This document shows positions 62,608-64,000 of a stretch of DNA of 64,000 bases, in pieces. A program made the position numbers and the translations under genes. The notes under the pieces are model-generated. The model did not search any database. It was not told the origin of the DNA and saw only the letters and a list, made by a program, of their open reading frames with translations. Numbering within the stretch: position 1 is the first letter of the stretch; each line of letters starts with the position of its first letter. Where the stretch lies: positions 288,001 through 352,000 of the forward strand of contig JBGAHS010000010.1 in NCBI GenBank assembly GCA_044226015.1, written 5' to 3'. This stretch comes from Candidatus Obscuribacteraceae bacterium (GTDB lineage: Bacteria > Cyanobacteriota > Vampirovibrionia > Obscuribacterales > Obscuribacteraceae).

Positions 62608-62643
62608 AAAAGAAAAGGACTGGTGTTGCCACCAATCCCTTTT
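62608..62643 (-). terminator. Terminator of rne, possibly bidirectional
   Basis: AAAAGGACTGGTG-ttgc-CACCAATCCCTTTT with flanking A/T runs. Confidence 0.65.
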
Positions 62644-62664
62644 AGAATTTAGTTGACTGAGAGT

Positions 62665-63999
62665 TTAGTCGTTATAGTTCTGACCCCAACCCACTTCTTG
62701 TCTGTTTTCCTGCTCTTCATCTTGATTAGATGCACCAGAGAAAGGCAACTCTAATTGAATTGTTTCTTGTGATGACTCTGAGTTTTCTTGTTGCTCTTCG
62801 CCATTGTGCTCATCATGACCGTTCTCGTGTTCATGCGAATGGCGTGTTTCATCCGTTGCACCTTCGCCTGGCTCAGAGTGCTCTTGATGATATGGTTCAC
62901 GCGATTGCGCTTCGTCTTCAGACAAAACTTCTGCAGCAGAATACTCGTCTGCTTTATCTTTAGGTTTTAGTCTGTAAATTCCAGTGACAGGATCGATCTC
63001 GGTCTCAAAGTCGCTTTCTGGTAGAGGCGCTGGCTCGCTAATCTGATGGACCTCGCTTGCGGTGACAACTTCTTCTTCGACTTCTGGCTCTACTTCGGTT
63101 GCTGCCAACGAGACTTCTTCTTCATCAGGCATAACTACGGTAGCCTTTTCGAAAACCGGCTCATCGTCATCATCATCATCGTTATCATCATCGAGATCAT
63201 CACTGACAGAGGTTTCCTGAACAGGTTCAGCTTGAATTAACAGCTCTTCCTCAGCTTCCTTGTCGCCATCTTCCTCATCATTGTTGTTGAATTTGCGTGA
63301 GGGACCGAATTCATGTCCGCCAAGCAATTCTTCCGGCATTTGATCAAGAATTTCAACAGGAACATCGATTTCTTCAGTTACTTCTTCGTCTGCTTCCATT
63401 TCTGGTTCGAAGTCTTGAACTGATTGTTGCAATCTTCCATTTGTCGCTGATACAGCGCGAAACTGTGAAGGCTGGTTGCTGCGTGTTGCTGCACCCCGCA
63501 ATTGCTGCTGTTTGCCGCCTTTGCCTTTGCTAGACTCTTCATCTTTGTTGGGCAGCGAGATCACTTTGCGGAACTCACCAGTGCCCAATGTGAGAGTGGG
63601 TACTGCACCTGTGCCGGAACAGTGAGGACATTGCTCTGCAAACAGTTCGCGCAGGCTCTGTCCCTGACGGCGTCTTGTTAATTCAACAAGTCCGAGGTCA
63701 GACATCTGACCCATTTGCGGTTTTGCACGATCTTCTTCCAGCGAACGGTTGAACATTTCGAGAACTTGTTGCTGATCTCTTCTGCTTTCCATGTCGATGA
63801 AATCTACAATCACCATACCACCGATGTTGCGCAAACGCAGTTGACGTGGAATTTCTTGTGCGGCTTCCATGTTCGTTTTGCGAACTGTTTCAGCTTGCGT
63901 ACGTGAACTAGTGAAGCGTCCAGAGTTTACGTCGATAACAGTCAACGCTTCGGTAGGTTGAATGTTCAAATGTCCACCCGATGGAAGGTCTGCTCTATC
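62665..63999 (-). CDS. rne: Ribonuclease E/G, 3' part (5' end outside the window), with long acidic tail
   Basis: Frame open to the window edge: DRADLPSGGHLNIQPTEALTVIDVNSG, QLRLRNIGGMVIVDFIDM, GLVELTRRR and the CPHCSGTG Zn-link. Confidence 0.95.
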   Translation of the reverse strand, partial: DRADLPSGGHLNIQPTEALTVIDVNSGRFTSSRTQAETVRKTNMEAAQEIPRQLRLRNIGGMVIVDFIDMESRRDQQQVLEMFNRSLEEDRAKPQMGQMSDLGLVELTRRRQGQSLRELFAEQCPHCSGTGAVPTLTLGTGEFRKVISLPNKDEESSKGKGGKQQQLRGAATRSNQPSQFRAVSATNGRLQQSVQDFEPEMEADEEVTEEIDVPVEILDQMPEELLGGHEFGPSRKFNNNDEEDGDKEAEEELLIQAEPVQETSVSDDLDDDNDDDDDDEPVFEKATVVMPDEEEVSLAATEVEPEVEEEVVTASEVHQISEPAPLPESDFETEIDPVTGIYRLKPKDKADEYSAAEVLSEDEAQSREPYHQEHSEPGEGATDETRHSHEHENGHDEHNGEEQQENSESSQETIQLELPFSGASNQDEEQENRQEVGWGQNYND

Positions 64000-64000
64000 G

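Overview
A gene-dense bacterial chromosomal window, mostly core genome. Cyanobacteria-like proteins and gene order (FurA-like Fur, amiC-murI, FtsZ, RNase E/G), no photosynthesis genes in this window, a waaA-lpxK-heptosyltransferase LPS operon, three Hanks-type Ser/Thr kinases and many TPR proteins suggest a non-photosynthetic cyanobacterial relative (Vampirovibrionia/Melainabacteria, possibly Obscuribacterales). That assignment is inference, not a database result. Housekeeping content: pgm, pip, ybaB-recR, priA, rpsB-tsf, pyrH-frr-glmS, a PilQ-like secretin, hemW, family-4 UDG, murI, amiC, K+-independent hppA, ftsZ, uvrA, fur and a partial rne. I saw no rRNA, tRNA, CRISPR, transposase or prophage. 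Best leads: (1) a 58-aa membrane microprotein missed by the ORF track, heading an active plus catalytically degenerate acyltransferase pair; (2) a fur-feoA-Cys-rich operon with no feoB; (3) an S1/low-complexity/PATAN-like protein whose repeats resemble the kinase activation loops; (4) a beta-clamp-like motif in the RNase E tail; (5) a possible attenuator or riboswitch before hppA; (6) several unrelated degenerate tandem-repeat tracts next to gene 3' ends.
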